Source of the DNA: Eledone cirrhosa
Lineage: Eukaryota
Direction: 5' to 3'
Assembly (NCBI GenBank): GCA_964016885.1
Contig: OZ024743.1
Coordinates: 327,174,001-327,238,000, forward strand
DNA length: 64,000 bases
This document shows, one piece after another, positions 47,790-62,286 of this stretch; the first letter of the stretch is position 1, and every line of letters begins with the position of its first letter. A program made the translations under genes and the position numbers. Under the pieces are notes generated by a model. That model searched no databases. It had not been told where the DNA came from and saw only the letters and a program-made list of their open reading frames with translations.

Positions 47790-48810
47790 GTATATGTGCC
47801 ACATATGAAGGTCATCTGCTTTGCCAGTTTGTGTGTGGTCCTGACACCATTTGTGCATCCATAGTTTGTAGTGGGTCCATCATAAAATTTCTACCTACTC
47901 CTTTTCTGCATATCAAATATAGCTATTTGCCTGTCTTTATTCATACTAAAACTTGTTTTTGCTAAATTTACTTAAAAGCCTATGTGTTGCTTTTATTTAT
48001 GGAATGTCGTATCTAAATCTACAAATTCAGTTATAAGAACTAGATCAACAATTAGGAGTTCCCATGGACTGCCTAACTTCTCTGTTAGAATATGGGAGAT
48101 TATAAAAATTGATGAAGGCTGAGAACAACCCTAATAGATTCTTACCTGTACACCTATTTTCGTAATTCCACTCATTACTGTCACTTTGCTGACTGCACCT
48201 CTATACGTGGCTGATGTGGTTTTCACAGGCCATTCATCTGGTCCCTAATTTCCTTAGTGACCATCAGACTGCAGAGTATGGAACCCTGTCAAAACTCTTC
48301 TCCAAGTTGATGGATAGTAGCTTACTCCTATCTAAATATTTCTCCTGCAGTAGTCTCACTAGGAAGAGGACATCAGTGGTACTTTCCAGAAAACTGAACA
48401 TCATCTCATCTAAGCTAATTTTGTTCCTAATCAGTTTTGCTGTAGCTATTTCAGTAACTTACATAATCTGCTTTACCAATTTGTAGTTGCCTCTCTGTAG
48501 TACATATTCTATACTCTTGTAGCAATTTGTGATGATACTCTAATGCTAGTTATTGTTTGACACCTTATATTATCTGATTCACTATGCAAATGACTGGCAT
48601 GTACCCATAACACTAAATGTTTTTAATATTTCACTGACTGTATTTCATGGTCCAGTTGCTTTCCTTCATATCTTTAATCACATTTGCATTGCTTTTGCTG
48701 TCAACTTAAATGGCTGATTCCTCTGTTGAGTTTTCTTTAGTTAGACCTTCCTTTTCCCATGTATTTTCTCATCTACAGCCTCCCATAGCACTTCCATTCC
48801 TCTTTTTAAC
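47790..48810 (-). mobile_element. Highly degenerate RTE fragment
   Basis: Remnants of NYRG, LDEM, LEK.FDRVP, PWELL and the CRKGVGR finger region on the minus strand. Confidence 0.7.
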
Positions 48811-49639
48811 ACTTTAGCATTTACATTACTCTATATTTACTATTGTATTTTTACGGTAAAGGCTTTACCTCACATAATATTGACTATGGGATTTTGATAT
48901 TATTCATTTTGAGAACAACACCTTAATATCACCATGAGAGGCCGTTTACAGCCGGTTTGAACAGAAAGGCTAAGTATGCTACTATCAAGCCATAAACACC
49001 TTTCCACAATCATGTTTCAGTTTTTCTAGTACACTGCCTTAACTCTTTCATTACTATATTTCTAATGAAAGACATTGCATATGATTTCCAAATAATCAAG
49101 AATTTGGAGCAATTTAGCAATATAACTAATTTCCTTGTTTTTAAGCTGATTTTAAAAACACTTTAAATGTCCTGACAAAAATTATGATGGGTGGTTTTCA
49201 GATAAATATAAACAATTTAAAACAAACAATTTTGTATCAAAGAATAAGGAGTAGTTTCAGTCAGTTTGGTATTAAAAGAGTTAAAATATGGAACCCATTA
49301 TGTCTCTGATCCTTATATTGGAGAACACATACAAACGTCTAACTTTCAACTACCCTCCCCAAATTGCTAATAGACGTGATGTGTAGCTTGTTTTCTAGCT
49401 ACTTGATCATGCTCTTTGCTATTCCCTTTCTTCAAGTTTGTCCAGATCTGTCTCTTGGGTTTTTAAGATCTATCTATAATACTGTTTCACCAACATGCCT
49501 CTTTCCATTTGGCTGAAACCTTGCATCAGATAAATCTGGTCTGTAGTAAAAAATGTGTCGTAATGTATGCAATAAGTTGTCGTGAGTGGACCTCAGACAA
49601 CACATATGTGACCCTCAGGGGACCCTCAGTTTAACATGC

Positions 49640-49845
49640 CTGATGTAGAGGAATCCCTGATTATTTTCTATCTTATAAACCTCTATCATTTCCCTTCCCT
49701 CATGTCCTATGTGTCATGTAGGAGGAACCCCTGGTTGGTCTGTCTTATAAACCTCTATCACCCCACACCCTCTTTTGCTATGTGTCATGTAGGAGGAACT
49801 CCTTGTTCTCTATCTTATAAGCTTCTATCACTTCCTTGCCATTGT
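49640..49845. repeat. Three diverged ~65-70 bp tandem units
   Basis: atgtaggaggaa..ctatcttataaacctctatca repeated three times. Confidence 0.65.
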
Positions 49846-51460
49846 TCTCTGTGTCAGCTTGTATTTCTCTGAACCATGACTGGTTCAACTATCGTACCCC
49901 ACCCCTCTCTCTCTCTCTCTCTTGTACACACACATAGAGCCAGTGTAAAATAGCATGAAGAGGGTTAATATGATATCAGACTCCTTGCTCATATTTCTCA
50001 AGTTCAAATCCAGTACATGTTTTTCATTGCATATTTGAGTTATTCATTTATTTCTAAGCACCCTGGGTATTAGGAATTGGCATCCGACTATCTGAGAAAG
50101 ACATTCAAGATAAGCAAATGCGCTTATCAAGGGAAGACTTATTTCTCATTAGCTTAACACCATAAAAACTGTAGATAAAGACAGTCCTATAAAAACATCC
50201 TAGAGCAGGCCCTTAAAAATGTCCTAGGGTTTTGGACACAACTAAATTTTTATGTTTGGATCTTTTATCCAAGCAGTTAATATCATACTGACATGTATAG
50301 AATACTATTTATATTGTTTGTGGGTCAATAATATAAAGCACTAGTAATGCACTGGGATAATTACTGGCCTTGTGCCAGAAGTAGAAACAATTATTTAGAT
50401 GTTATTTAAGCCTGTGTGTATTCATATGACTTACTAGAAATAGCAACCTATTTCCTCTTAGAAATTATATCAAAGACTACATTAGACAATACAGTATCGA
50501 GTGTATGATACTAAAAAGAGATGGGATGGTCATTGAAGGAATACTTTTAATCATAGGCTTTCAGTCAAGGCTGACCTGGGGTTAAACAACCTTGATAATA
50601 TCAATGTTTCAAATAACTGTTAAATTTATTCTTAGAATATGTTTATAGCACTAACAAAACATGTTTTTTTTCCTGGTGATTAAACATCTACGTTTATTTT
50701 AGAAATGATATAAATTTAGACAATAGTTTCAACTTATACATCAGAACAAGTTTAACAGCTATTTTGAGATCATTTTATTAATATCATCTGATGGAGGCAT
50801 GTCTATTCTAATTTTATTCATCATGTAAAAATTATATGTCATTAAACTTTAGAACAAATTTATTAATATGATTTAAATGGCATGTTTTTAAACCTATGCC
50901 TACCTAGTTTGTCCCCTGCCTGCTGACCACTGAGCAGAAAGAACATCACATCAAAGTCTGCCCTTCATGTGTTTATATATATATATATATATTGTAAAGA
51001 GTCGGGATCGCGATAGCTGAGCTCATGCCATAAAAACAGCTAATTCTAAACAGATTGCCAAAGGTCTTGGCAGTTAACTGGCTGTATCATCAGGAGGTGT
51101 GGTTTATCCAAATAAGAGCATACATTGTTTATCCAATTGTAAAATCTCTTCACATAAGTGTTTTTTTCTTTATGGTTAGGGAGTGGTTGTGTATAAATCT
51201 GGCTTAGTGGTTGTGTAGATATCTGGCTTAGTGGTTGTTTATATGTATGTGTGCATCCAAGTGTATCTGCCTGGTCAACTTGAGATAGAATAATTGTGGA
51301 AATGGAGTGGAATTATATTTATGAAGAAAATTTATTAGGGTGTGTGTATGTATGTCTGTCCCCAATATATATACATGTGTGTGTATAGATTATTATATGT
51401 ATGTGTGTTTATAATGCAACCATATAGTTACTTTTTGTGTTATATATGTATATATATATA

Positions 51461-54400
51461 TCATCATCATCATCGTTTAACATCTATCTTCCATGCTAGC
51501 ATGGGTTAGACGGGAATTGTCCCACTTGAGGCAAAATTGATCGGGTGACCGTGTCTCGCTCATATAGAACTGTATCTGGCAGGTTTTCTACGGCTGGATG
51601 CCCTTCCTAATACCAACCACATTTAAGTGTTGACTGGGAGCCTTTTTACCGTGTTTCCTACACGACCACTTACAACGTGGACTGTGTGGTACCAACATAA
51701 CTTTACAGAGAAAGGGTGGTGTTGGTGGGAGTGGGAGGATGGAGTAGGGGTAATGGGTTGGGGGTGTATATTTGGTTAGAAGGGGCCTACTGACTAGGTT
51801 AACTTTGTACGTGGGGAAGGCAGATCTTCTGTATTAATGCGTAGCGCCAAAGATCTCAATCCAGTGACATTGTCTTAGAGAGGTGTAAGTGTGCAAGGTT
51901 GGATTTTATCATGTCCCAGGTTTTTCTGGGTCTACCTACTCCGTCATTTCCATCAATTTTGATCACCCTGCACTTTTTTATACATCTGTTGTCTTTCATG
52001 CGCAATCACATGACCATACCAACATAATCTTCTCTCAAGTAAACAGCATCTGATCCCTCTTATTCCTAATTTCTCACTTGGTTCGTTTATGTTTTGCTGT
52101 TCATGTATTACTATTACACATCCAATGGAGCATGCATGCTTCGTTCCTTTCCAATCTGCACAGGTCCTCTGCACACAATGCCCATGTTTCACTGCCATGT
52201 AACTGCTGTTCGTATACAAGCATCATACAATCTGCCTTTCATTTTTGGAGAGAAACCTTTTGTGGCCAACAGCGGTATTAGCTCCCTAAACTTTTTCCAT
52301 CTCGTTCTAACTCTGGATACTGTACTTTCAGAACACCTTTCTTCACTGCTGATTTTGGTAACGGAAAGTGTTTACTATTTCTATAGAACAATCTGGGCAG
52401 TTGAAGGAACTAGTACCCAGTGGGCACTTGCTACTTACTGCACCTGAGCATCGGCCACATATAAAATCTACATTCTTAGTTAGCTTGCCTGTGATCCCGC
52501 TACATCTTTTATGTACCCATAGTTTGCATTTGAGGCATAGAATGGAATTTCTACCTACTCCTTTCCTACAACTGAGCATGGCCATTTCCCAGGAGGCACC
52601 TGTGCCCTATTTTCCTTTCTACATACTAGAACTTTAGTCTTAGACAAGTTAACTTTGAGGCCTTTAGTTTCTAGGCCATACTTACATGTTTGGAATTTCT
52701 TCTCTAGTTCAGCCATAGATTCAGCTATGATAGTTAGATCATATGCTTATAGAAGTTACCATGGGCAGCCGGTCTTAAACTCCTCTGTTATAGCCTGAAG
52801 GGCAATAATAAACAGGAGGGGGCTAAGGAAGGAGCCTTGATGAACAACTACTTTTACGCTAAATTCTTCACTATATTCATTGTTAATTCTAACCTTGTTG
52901 TCTGTTTCGTTATACATGGCTTGTATAGCTCTCACAAGCCATTCATCTACTCCTAGTTTTCTAAAAGCCCACCAGATAATGGAGTGGAGGACTCTGTCAA
53001 AAGCTTTCTCCAAGTCAACAAAAGCTAAGTAGAGGGGTTTACTTTTAGCTAGGTACTCCTGTAGTTGCCATACAAGGGAAAGAGGATCCATGGTACTTTT
53101 ACCTAGCACAAACCCAAACTGCATTTTATCTAGATCAATTCAGTCTCTAATTAGTTGTGCAAAAACTCTTTCTGTGATCTTCATGACCTGGTCAACTAAC
53201 TTTGCCCTTGTAGCAGTTGATGATGCTGCTACGCCAGTCATTTGGTATGACCCCATTCTTTATTACTTGGTTTACTATCCGGGTGACCATAGTATGTCCC
53301 ACCATTCCAGATGCTTTCAACATCTCAGCAACTATCTCCGAAGGCCCAGCTGCCTTGCCCGTCTTCATATCTTTGATTGCCTTACTTATTATACTACCTT
53401 TAACTTGCACAGCTGGTCCCTCTATTGGATCGATTTGGGGCAGACTATCTTTTTCTCATTTATTCTCCTCATTTAGTAGTCTCGCGTAGTGACACTTCCA
53501 AGCTACCTTCTTATCAGTATCAGTGAGGGCAAGTACACCATTATCATTACGGACACACTTCTCCCCGACAACATCACGGTTTTTCTTGACACATTGTCTT
53601 GCAATCCTGAACACCTCACGTTTTTGGTCCTCACATTGTAGAACATGCTTGAACTTTCTGTCCTCTGCTTCCCTTCTTGCAAAGTACACTTGTCGCCTAG
53701 CTTCTCTCCTAGCCCCCTGATAGTGTTTTCTACTTCCCCCATCCCACCATACTTTCCAAGCCTGCTTTTTGGACAATTGTTTCCTCCATCTTACTGTTTC
53801 ACGACCAAGTTCCTCTCCTACCTAAAGGTCTGCTCTCGCCACAGATTTCATGTCGTCTTCAGCAGGTTAACTTTCAAGAATTCCCACTGTTCCTCTATAT
53901 TGTATGTTTCTAATTGCTCTTCCTTACTGTCAAAAGCATCAAGTAATCATCATCATCATCATCATCATCATCATTATCGTTTAACGTCCATTTTCCACGG
54001 TAGCATGGGTCTGGATATGCTTTTAAATTTATTATTGGATGTGGGGTCCTTCAACTTCCATATTCTTCTCCTTAAGGTAGTCCTCTGTTGTCGAGTACGT
54101 CTAATCCTGACAATGAGGTCACTAACTATTAGGTTACTTCACGAGGGGGGGACTTAATGTTTACAACAGACACTCTGACACATCTAGTAAGGATATAATC
54201 TATCTGGCTGGCATGTTCCCCTGATCTATAGGTGATCAAGTGATTTTCTCGTTTTGTGAAGTTTGTGTTACAGATAGGTTATTAGCGTCACAGAATTCCA
54301 GGATCCTGAAGCCTTCCTAATTTTTAGTACCAAACCTATAGCCTCCATGGATTCCATCATAGCCATCACAATGTTGTCCAACATGACCATTTAGGTTGCC

Positions 54401-55400
54401 AGCAATAATTATGTAGTCACTGTCGGTTATTTGGGAGGTAGTGAGCATTAGCAACTCATAGAACCTGTCTTTTATAACGCCAGGCAGTCCAGATTGGGGT
54501 GTGTAAGCGGATATTATTGTCACAGCAGTTCTATTTAGGACAAGTCTTATTTTGATTATTCTGTCGTTCACGCTATTTACGTCAATTACCTTATCTACCC
54601 ATTTTTCTGCTAACATAATTCCTACTCCACCCAGCCCATTGTCATTTCCTATCCAGAAAAAATTATATCATAATTTTTTACCCACAATGAATCTAGCAGA
54701 CCCACCTCTCCACCTAGTCTCTTGAACACAACAAACATCAACTTCCTTACGTTGAAGCATCTCTACAACCTCATTTGAGCGACCTTTGAATGTGCCTTCA
54801 TAGTACCAACTCTGAAGTTTTGGATTTCGCTGGGTGGATGAAAGGGATGGTTTGGGGGTGCAGGGAGGGGTGTGGGTGACGGAATTATATTGGTCTTCCA
54901 TGTCTGAAATAAAGAGGAGTCCTTGCATTTTTGTCCGGCAGCAGGAGGTGCATTTATCTTTATCTTTGACATTGTCATTGAGTGCTCAGACTCTCCAACT
55001 CTGTAGTCCATTTAGTATACTGAAAAGCAACCAGGTTTAAACTTAAGGAGTAATAGCCGAGGCGGTGGCTTTGCGATAGAGATTTGTTGGAAAACTTACT
55101 ATAAACCACTGGACCAAATAACAATGGTGGTGTGTGGGGGTGGAAGGCAGGGATATGGGTAACATTAGAAGATTAGTTTCTAGAAAGAGTCCATCAGATT
55201 TAAGCATATTAAAATGTGTGAGATAGTAATAATAACACAGAAAGGTATGGATAGAACAAAGTTCCGAGAGAGAAAAAATAAGATTCTAAGTTTTAATATC
55301 TACAATACATAATTCTGAGAGACATAGAGCAGTTTAAATATTGATGGCCAAATGGACTACGAAAGGAGAGACTAGAAAATTCAACAACAATTCGGCAGTA
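51461..55400 (-). mobile_element. RTE LINE family B, near full-length, decayed
   Basis: APE (VCCVQETRWRGG, AYTPQSG, AGNLNGHVG), RT and finger fragments; 3' UTR matches 19740-20135; small tail insertion at about 53947-54013; 5' end approximate. Confidence 0.93.
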
Positions 55401-55468
55401 AAGTTAGATAAATTCTGGCTTAGTACCCTACAAAGTTTATTTTATATTTGTTTATTATATATATATAT

Positions 55469-57876
55469 AACTTCCAGAAACCTGCCAACCACCTAATAAC
55501 CTACAAATCAGGTGAGCACATAAGCCAGATTGTCATCTTACTAGTTAGGCAGCGGGACAGGCAGATGGTGTCTAGTACCAAGGCATACCCTGAGGAAGAA
55601 TGTACCCCACAGCATAGGTTAGTCGTTAGTGATATCTCAGTAAGCAAGAGACAGAATGAGACATACAGGAAGGTGTGGGGAAGAAAGGTCTGGAAGCTAA
55701 AAGGCCTTTCACTAAAATACAAATTTAGGAAAGCCCTTCAAGATGTGTATGACGAAAAAGAAGACGATTTAGAGACGTATGACATAGATAATAACTGGAA
55801 TTTCTTATGTGACAACTTACTGCAGGCTACTGATGAAACTTGTGGCTGGAGCAGAGCTCCAACCAGACAGAGAGTGACCTGGTGGTGGAACAGCACAGTA
55901 GATAAGGCCATTAGAGACAAAAGACTAGCATGGAAGGCTTGGAAAAAGGGTGGGAGTAGGGAAGGATATACAGCTGCTAAGAGAGAAGCTAGATGTCAGG
56001 TGTACTTAGCACACAGAGAGGCTGAGAGTAGGAGGTTTGCCAATGTTCTGCGACAGGAAGATCAGGCGTGCGGTGTTCCACATTGCAAGGCAGTGTGTCA
56101 CTGCAAATCAGGATGTTGTTGGAGATAAATGTGTCCGGAATAATGCTGGTGTACTTAGTGTCACGAATGATCAGAAAAAGGAGGCCTGGAAATGTCATTA
56201 TGAGAGACTGATGAATGTGGAGAACGAATGGGAGAGAGAGAAATTACCCTCAGTAGATCCAACAGAGGGACCAGCTATTGAGATTGACGAATATAGGGTC
56301 CGAGAGGCGATTAAGGAAATGAAAAATGGTAAGGCTGCTGGACCGTTGGGATAGTTGCTGAGATGCTGAAGGCATCAGGGGATGTAGGCACTAAACTGGT
56401 TGCATGCATCATCAATCAGGCTATATATGGTGGTGTCATACCCAAAGACTGGTGCAGCAGTATTCTCAAATTGCTACAAAAGTAAAGGGGTTGCTCTGGA
56501 GAGGAGCAATTAAAGGGGTATAAAACTGATGGATCAGGTTATGAAAGTGGCAGAAAGGATATTAGCACAACTAATTAGAGAAAGGGTCAAACTAGATGAG
56601 ATGCAGTTTGGTTTTGTGCCTGGGAAAAGTACAACAGATGCCTTCTTCTTGGTGAGACAATTACAAGAGAGGTTCTTAGAGAAGAATAAGCCACTATACT
56701 TAGCCTTTGTTGACCTAGAGAAGGCCTTTGATAAGGTACCCCGATCTGTCATCTGGTGGTCCCTACGGAAACTAGGTGTTGAGGAATGGCTTGTGAAGAC
56801 AGTGCAAACTTTGTACAGAGGTGCTGTCAGTAAAGTGAGGGTAGGAATGGAGTTTAGTGAGGAATTCCAGATACAAGTAAGAGTACATCAAGGTTCGGTC
56901 CTCAGCCCGCTCTTGTTCATTATAGTCCTCCAAGCCATAACAGAGGAGTTTAAGACTGGATGCCCATGGGAACTTCTCTATGCTGATGATCTGGTTCTTA
57001 TAGCAGAATCAGTAGAGGAGCTAGAGAATAAATTCTGGCTATGGAAACAGCAGTTGGAATCAAGAGGACTGAGAGTGAACATAGCTAAGACAAAAGTATT
57101 GATGAGTAGAAAAGAGGACAAAACTCTGATTCCGTCAGGGAAATGGCCATGTTCGATATGCAGAAAAGGAACTGGCATAAATTCTATAAAATGCACACAA
57201 TGCAGATCCTGGGTACACAAGAGATGTAGTGGGATAGCAGGCAAACTAACAGGTAGGGAGAAATACGTATGCAGTAGATGTACAGGGAAATTAGACAGTA
57301 GAAGCATTGATAGACACATTTTTTCAAATGCAAGCGGGTGCTATAGCTTCCGGTACCTAGGAGATCACATTAGCATGGGAGGGGGGTGTTCCGTGGCCAT
57401 AGTATCTAGAATAAGGACAGGTTGGAAGAAGTTTAGGGAGCTGTTTCTCTCTGCGTACGAAAGGCCGGTTATATGATGCCTGTGTGAGGAGCGCGATGCT
57501 GCATGGTAGTGAGACATGGGCAGCAACTGCAGAGGATATGTGACGGCTGGAGAGAAATGAGGCAAGCATGCTCCGTAGGATGTGCGTGAACGATCCAGCA
57601 TGAATGTGTTGAGAGAGAAACTGTCTGAGAGGGATAAATTGTTGTGTGCAAGAGAGGAGACTGCGATGGTATGGACATGTGATGCGCATGGATGATGACC
57701 AATGGGTGAAGAAGTGCCAAGAAATGCCAGTTGAAGGAAGACCGCGAAAAACATGGGCGGATGTGGTAAAAGCAGACCTCAGATCGCTGAAGCTCACGGT
57801 GGAGAGATGCTGTGCTGAATAGGACCCGTCCCACCCTTGAAAGCAGGGAAAAGCAGACATAAAATGATGATGATGA
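55469..57876 (+). mobile_element. RTE LINE family A, 5'-truncated
   Basis: Highly similar to 8430-10397 but retains YADD and the C4HC3 finger (ORF 56529-57476). Confidence 0.95.
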
Positions 57877-58414
57877 TATATATATATGTGTGTGTATGTG
57901 TATTTCTAATGCAGTCATAACTCAGATAGGCTGGTCATGTCCTACAGATGACTGAGGATCGCACACCCAAGGTATTGTTATACAGTTACTTCATAATCGT
58001 GCACGTAATGTAGGCAGACCATTACTTAGATATAAAGACAAACTAAAGTACAATCTTAAATCTGTGAACATACCTTTTACTTCTTTTGAAGCCCTAAATG
58101 CTGACTGTTGAAAATGGAGAACTGTCTGTCATGAAGGTGTTAAGAACTTTGAAAAATCTTGTCTGGTCCATTGTGATCTAAGATTTTACACAAAAATCTA
58201 ATCAAACATTCCATCCATATTGTGTTCAATATATTTACTTTTTGTCTGATAGAACTTAAGCCCAAGGAGAATTCTAACTTGACATGCAGTCGATTTCCCC
58301 AGCTGCTTAGTAGGCACTGGTGTTGTTGCAGCTATCCTGTGGGTGCTGGGTGTGATGCCCCAGCTGTGTCGTGGGCATCTGATTTTGTGGAGGTTAGAAC
58401 AAAGAATGAATTTT

Positions 58415-58580
58415 GTGCAGAGCAGGCAAGTTTTCCATAGTTCATTTCTGGCATTAAGACATGCATTAGGATCTCATGCGTTCTTCAATACTAGCCACCT
58501 CTCAGCACTGCAGTCTGCATTTTCTACTTCCATTGATATAAGGTTTGCATTTTTCCACAATCTTCCTGCTGATACAGACC
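58415..58580 (-). mobile_element. Penelope GIY-YIG C-terminal remnant
   Basis: Minus strand reads ISRKIVEKCKPYINGSRKCRL..LNARNELWKTC.H, the typical end of a PLE ORF. Confidence 0.65.
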
Positions 58581-58689
58581 ACTAAAATAGTTGTGATGTC
58601 ATAACCATGAGAGGTTGATGAATATGGAATATGACTGAAAACCAACTACCTGTTGTAATCTGAATGGTGGGGGCAGCTATGGTAATAAA

Positions 58690-60247
58690 CAATTATAAGG
58701 TCAAAAAAGCAACCAGGAAGATGAAAAATGGCAAAACCGCTGAACTCTCAGATAGTCTCTGAGATACTGAAATCATCTGGGGAAGTTGGAGTCAAGCTAG
58801 TCATCTGCATAATCAATCAGGTAATATATGAGGAAGTCATGCCCAATGATTGGTGTAGCAATATAATCATCAATTGTTACAAGGGAAGGGGGATGCTGTA
58901 GAAAGGAACAACTGCAGAGGCATTCATCATTATCATCATCATTGTTTAATGTCTATCTTCCATGCTAGCATGGGTTAGACCGATGAATCAAGTTATGAAC
59001 ATGACAGAAAAAATGTTAGCACAACTAATTAGGGAAAGAGTTTAATTAGATGAGATGTAGTTTTGTGTCAGGAAGGAGCACCATAAATGCTGTCTTTTTA
59101 GTGAGACAACGAGAAGTTCCTAGCTAAGTGTAAACTGCTATACCTAGCTTTTGTAAAAATCTGGAAAGACCTTTGACTGAGTACCATGAAATATCTGTTG
59201 ATCCTTAAGGAAACAAGGTGTATAAGAATGGCTTGTGAGAGCAGTGCAAGCCATGTACAGAGGGGCTGTTAGTAAAGGGAGAGTAGGAAGAAGGTACAGG
59301 TATGAATGCATCAGGGTTCAGTCATCAACCCACTTCTGTTTGTTGTTCTCCAGACCATAACAGAGGAGTTTAAGACTGGGTGTCCATGGGAACTTCTGTA
59401 TGCTAATGATCTGGTTCTTATAACTGAATTCACGGAAGAACTAGAGAATAAGTTCCAGCTGTGGAAACTGAACTTAAAATCAAAAGTGTTAGCAAGTAGG
59501 AAAGAAGACAAAGCTCTGATCCCATCAGACAAATGGCTATGTTCAATATGTAGGAATTTTATATGATGAACTCACTATAAGAGTTGTTGGAGTGTAGGCT
59601 GACTAACCGAAAGGATAGACTTTGTATATGGCTGATGCACAGGACTCGTGGGTAGTAAGAGCAGCAGTGAAATAAACCTTTTCCAATTCCAAGAAGTTAC
59701 CATAGAAGTAGTTAATATTTTTTGTTACATAGGTGACCTAATTAGAAGTGAAGTGGGTTGCTCTGAATGCATAGTAACTTGAATAAGAACAGGCTGCAAA
59801 AAGTGTAAGGAGCTAATACCTCTGTTGACAACAAAGGGATTTTTTTCTATGAGTGAAGGATAGATTGTATGATTCCTATGTGAGAAATGCAATATTGCAT
59901 GGCAGTAAATGTTGACAATATATGGAGGCTGTAGAGAAATAAATGAGCATGCTCTGTTGGGTGTATAATGTTAGTGTGCATGAATGATCAAGGATGGATG
60001 AACTGAAAGAAAAGAGGTTATAAGAGGAATCATATGTAGAGAGAAGACTGCACTTGTATGTATATGGATGAAGTGCCAGATGACACCTTTGGAAGGAAGA
60101 CTGTAGAAGTGGCTAGAGATGATCTCAAAATACTGAGCCTCACCATGGAAATAATGAAGAATTACTATGAGTGGAGGGAGACTGTGCTGAAAAGGACCTG
60201 TCCACCCCATGCAATCATGGAAAAGCAGGCATAAAAATGATGATGAT
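58690..60247 (+). mobile_element. Old RTE copy related to family A
   Basis: HQGSVINPLLF, GCPWELLYAND, KWLCSICR, (GAT)n tail; small inverted tail insertion at about 58924-58980. Confidence 0.85.
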
Positions 60248-60249
60248 AT

Positions 60250-61078
60250 CGTCTTCTCTCAATTATTCCTGAAAGGTAAGGCCCTTCAGGTGAACCCTAT
60301 TTTGGTCGCTTGTATTTTTTCAGTCATTACCCAAGATTCATGACCATAGGTAAAGGTTGGCACAAATACTGAATTGAAGATACCAAGTTTGGATTTTACA
60401 CCTACCTCTCTTTTTCTGATGATTGATTACTGCACCAGCTCCTGTAATTTAGCTTCCTGCCTTCCATCACACATGAACACAACCTCTTAAAAGAAGGAGT
60501 GTCTCAGTCTTCACAGTACTGATGTTCATTCCTGCCATGCAGCACTTGGCTGCAAACCTATCAAATGCATGTCAGAGGTCACCTTCTGATGAGTTAAGTA
60601 ATACCATGTCATTTGCAAATTCCAACTAACTGATCTTACACCTGCCAATTTTGGCTGTGCATGTCAATTCTGTTTATGAAGATTATGAACAAGAAAGGTG
60701 ACTGTATGAACCCCTGGTGGTGGCTGACAGGTACATGTTGATTGAACACCATTTATCTGAAAACAAATACCAAGGTATTCATATAGAGGCATCAGGGCAA
60801 CAAGAAGCTGTCCATTGATCCCATACTCCTGCAGAACCTTCCACAATAGGTTTTGCAGAATGCAGTCATATACCTTTTCGAGGTCTATGAAACAAGCATA
60901 CATCTTTTGGCAACAATCCCACCATATCTCTAAGAACTGCTGCAGTGTGAATATTTGGTTGGCTATGCTGTGTCTGGGGTGAAAACCACACTGTTCATCA
61001 GCTAGTTTGGACTCAACAATATCCCTACATCTCTTTGCCAGACACTTTGCATAGTCTTTACAAGGGAGGCTGGGTGAT
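60250..61078 (-). mobile_element. RTE-clade RT fragment (family without the finger)
   Basis: SLPCKDYAKCL..DEQCGF..QIFTLQQ..CFIDLEKVYD. Confidence 0.85.
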
Positions 61079-61999
61079 ATATACATATAATAATAATAAT
61101 GCAACAAATAGAAATTAAATCCTTTTATTCCTAACATTTGTTTCTGTAAAAAAGAACTTGCTCAAGATCCATTACAAAATATTTATAAAAAAGGAATATT
61201 TTTATACATGAGAAAAAGAGGAACGAGTAAAAAAGGGCAGATCTGGCTGTATGGGAAAGTAGAGGAAATAACTAAAAATGTATAAATGAGAAGAAAAGGA
61301 CGGAAAAAGCAAGGACTCTTGGGCCTCAGAAGAAGGGGGGGGGGGTGATGGGCTCTGGGCCTAGGACAGGGCAGTGTTTGGACTTTTACCCCTTCCCCTT
61401 TTTCTCATTACTTTTATTTATAATCTATTATGATATCTTCTGTGACTCAAGTATTAACAATTTTCGCGCCATTAAAGAAAATGATCCTATTGGAGAAAAT
61501 GCTGTTATAATGACACAGCGCAGGATACTCAATAAACAACACACCATTATTACTACACTGTTAGAAAAGACGCTGTATTTTAATAGACTAGAGCCTTGAA
61601 AATCAACACAAGGAAAATCAAGAGTTAGGATAAAATATTTTATACCAAACTTTTAAAATAAAAAAATAAAATATTTAGATACGATATTAGGAATTATATT
61701 AAAGAATAATATAGGAGTATACTTAGTAATACAGCTTGTAAATTATTATTTGGTATAAACATAGCTATTGCATAGTATGTATAACTTTATTATGTTAATT
61801 TATAAAACATTGGAATATTACACATCTATTATGAATTACAGAAATATCAGAGATATCTATAATATATTATTGTGAATGATATCAGCAATGGAAAGACCAA
61901 TGGAAACATTGTTTCCTTGGTCTGATTTGAATGAAATCTTGTCGATCGGTTAAAAAAACAATTGCTAACAAATCATTATCATGTATTAGTATATTTACT

Positions 62000-62286
62000 A
62001 TATTAATTATATTTGATAGTGTTGGTGCTACAAAATATGCACCCAAAGCACCTTATACAGTGTTAGTGACAGTGCCACAAAAAAAAAAAAATAATAATGC
62101 ACCCAGTACACTCTGTAAAATTGTAGTTGGAGTGCTATGAAAAAATAAAAACACCTAGTGGTTGGTATTAGGAAGGGCATCCAACTATAGAAACCATGCC
62201 AATTATGGAATGTATGAGCATGAGAGGTTACTCTGACTCGCCCGAGCCATTCCAGCATGGAGAGTGGACTTAAAGTGATAATGATA
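62000..62286 (+). mobile_element. SINE/RTE tail with repeated module
   Basis: gcacccagtacactctgtaaa units, gtggttggtattaggaagggcatcc and a tail ending gataatgat. Confidence 0.7.

Noticed and set aside
50059-50165. Exon-like frame PWVLGIGIRLSEKDIQDK
   Set aside because: Overlaps a degenerate tattaggaa..ggcatcc SINE module, ends in a stop and has no donor.
55036-55042. TTTAAAC heptamer upstream of the RTE-B ORF
   Set aside because: An AUG at 55011 can start the ORF directly and no upstream ORF is evident, so no frameshift is needed.
61345-61950. Short plus-strand ORFs or exon candidates (84-aa ORF; MISAMERPMETLFPWSDLNEILSI)
   Set aside because: No recognisable homology and weak splice signals; cannot be supported.
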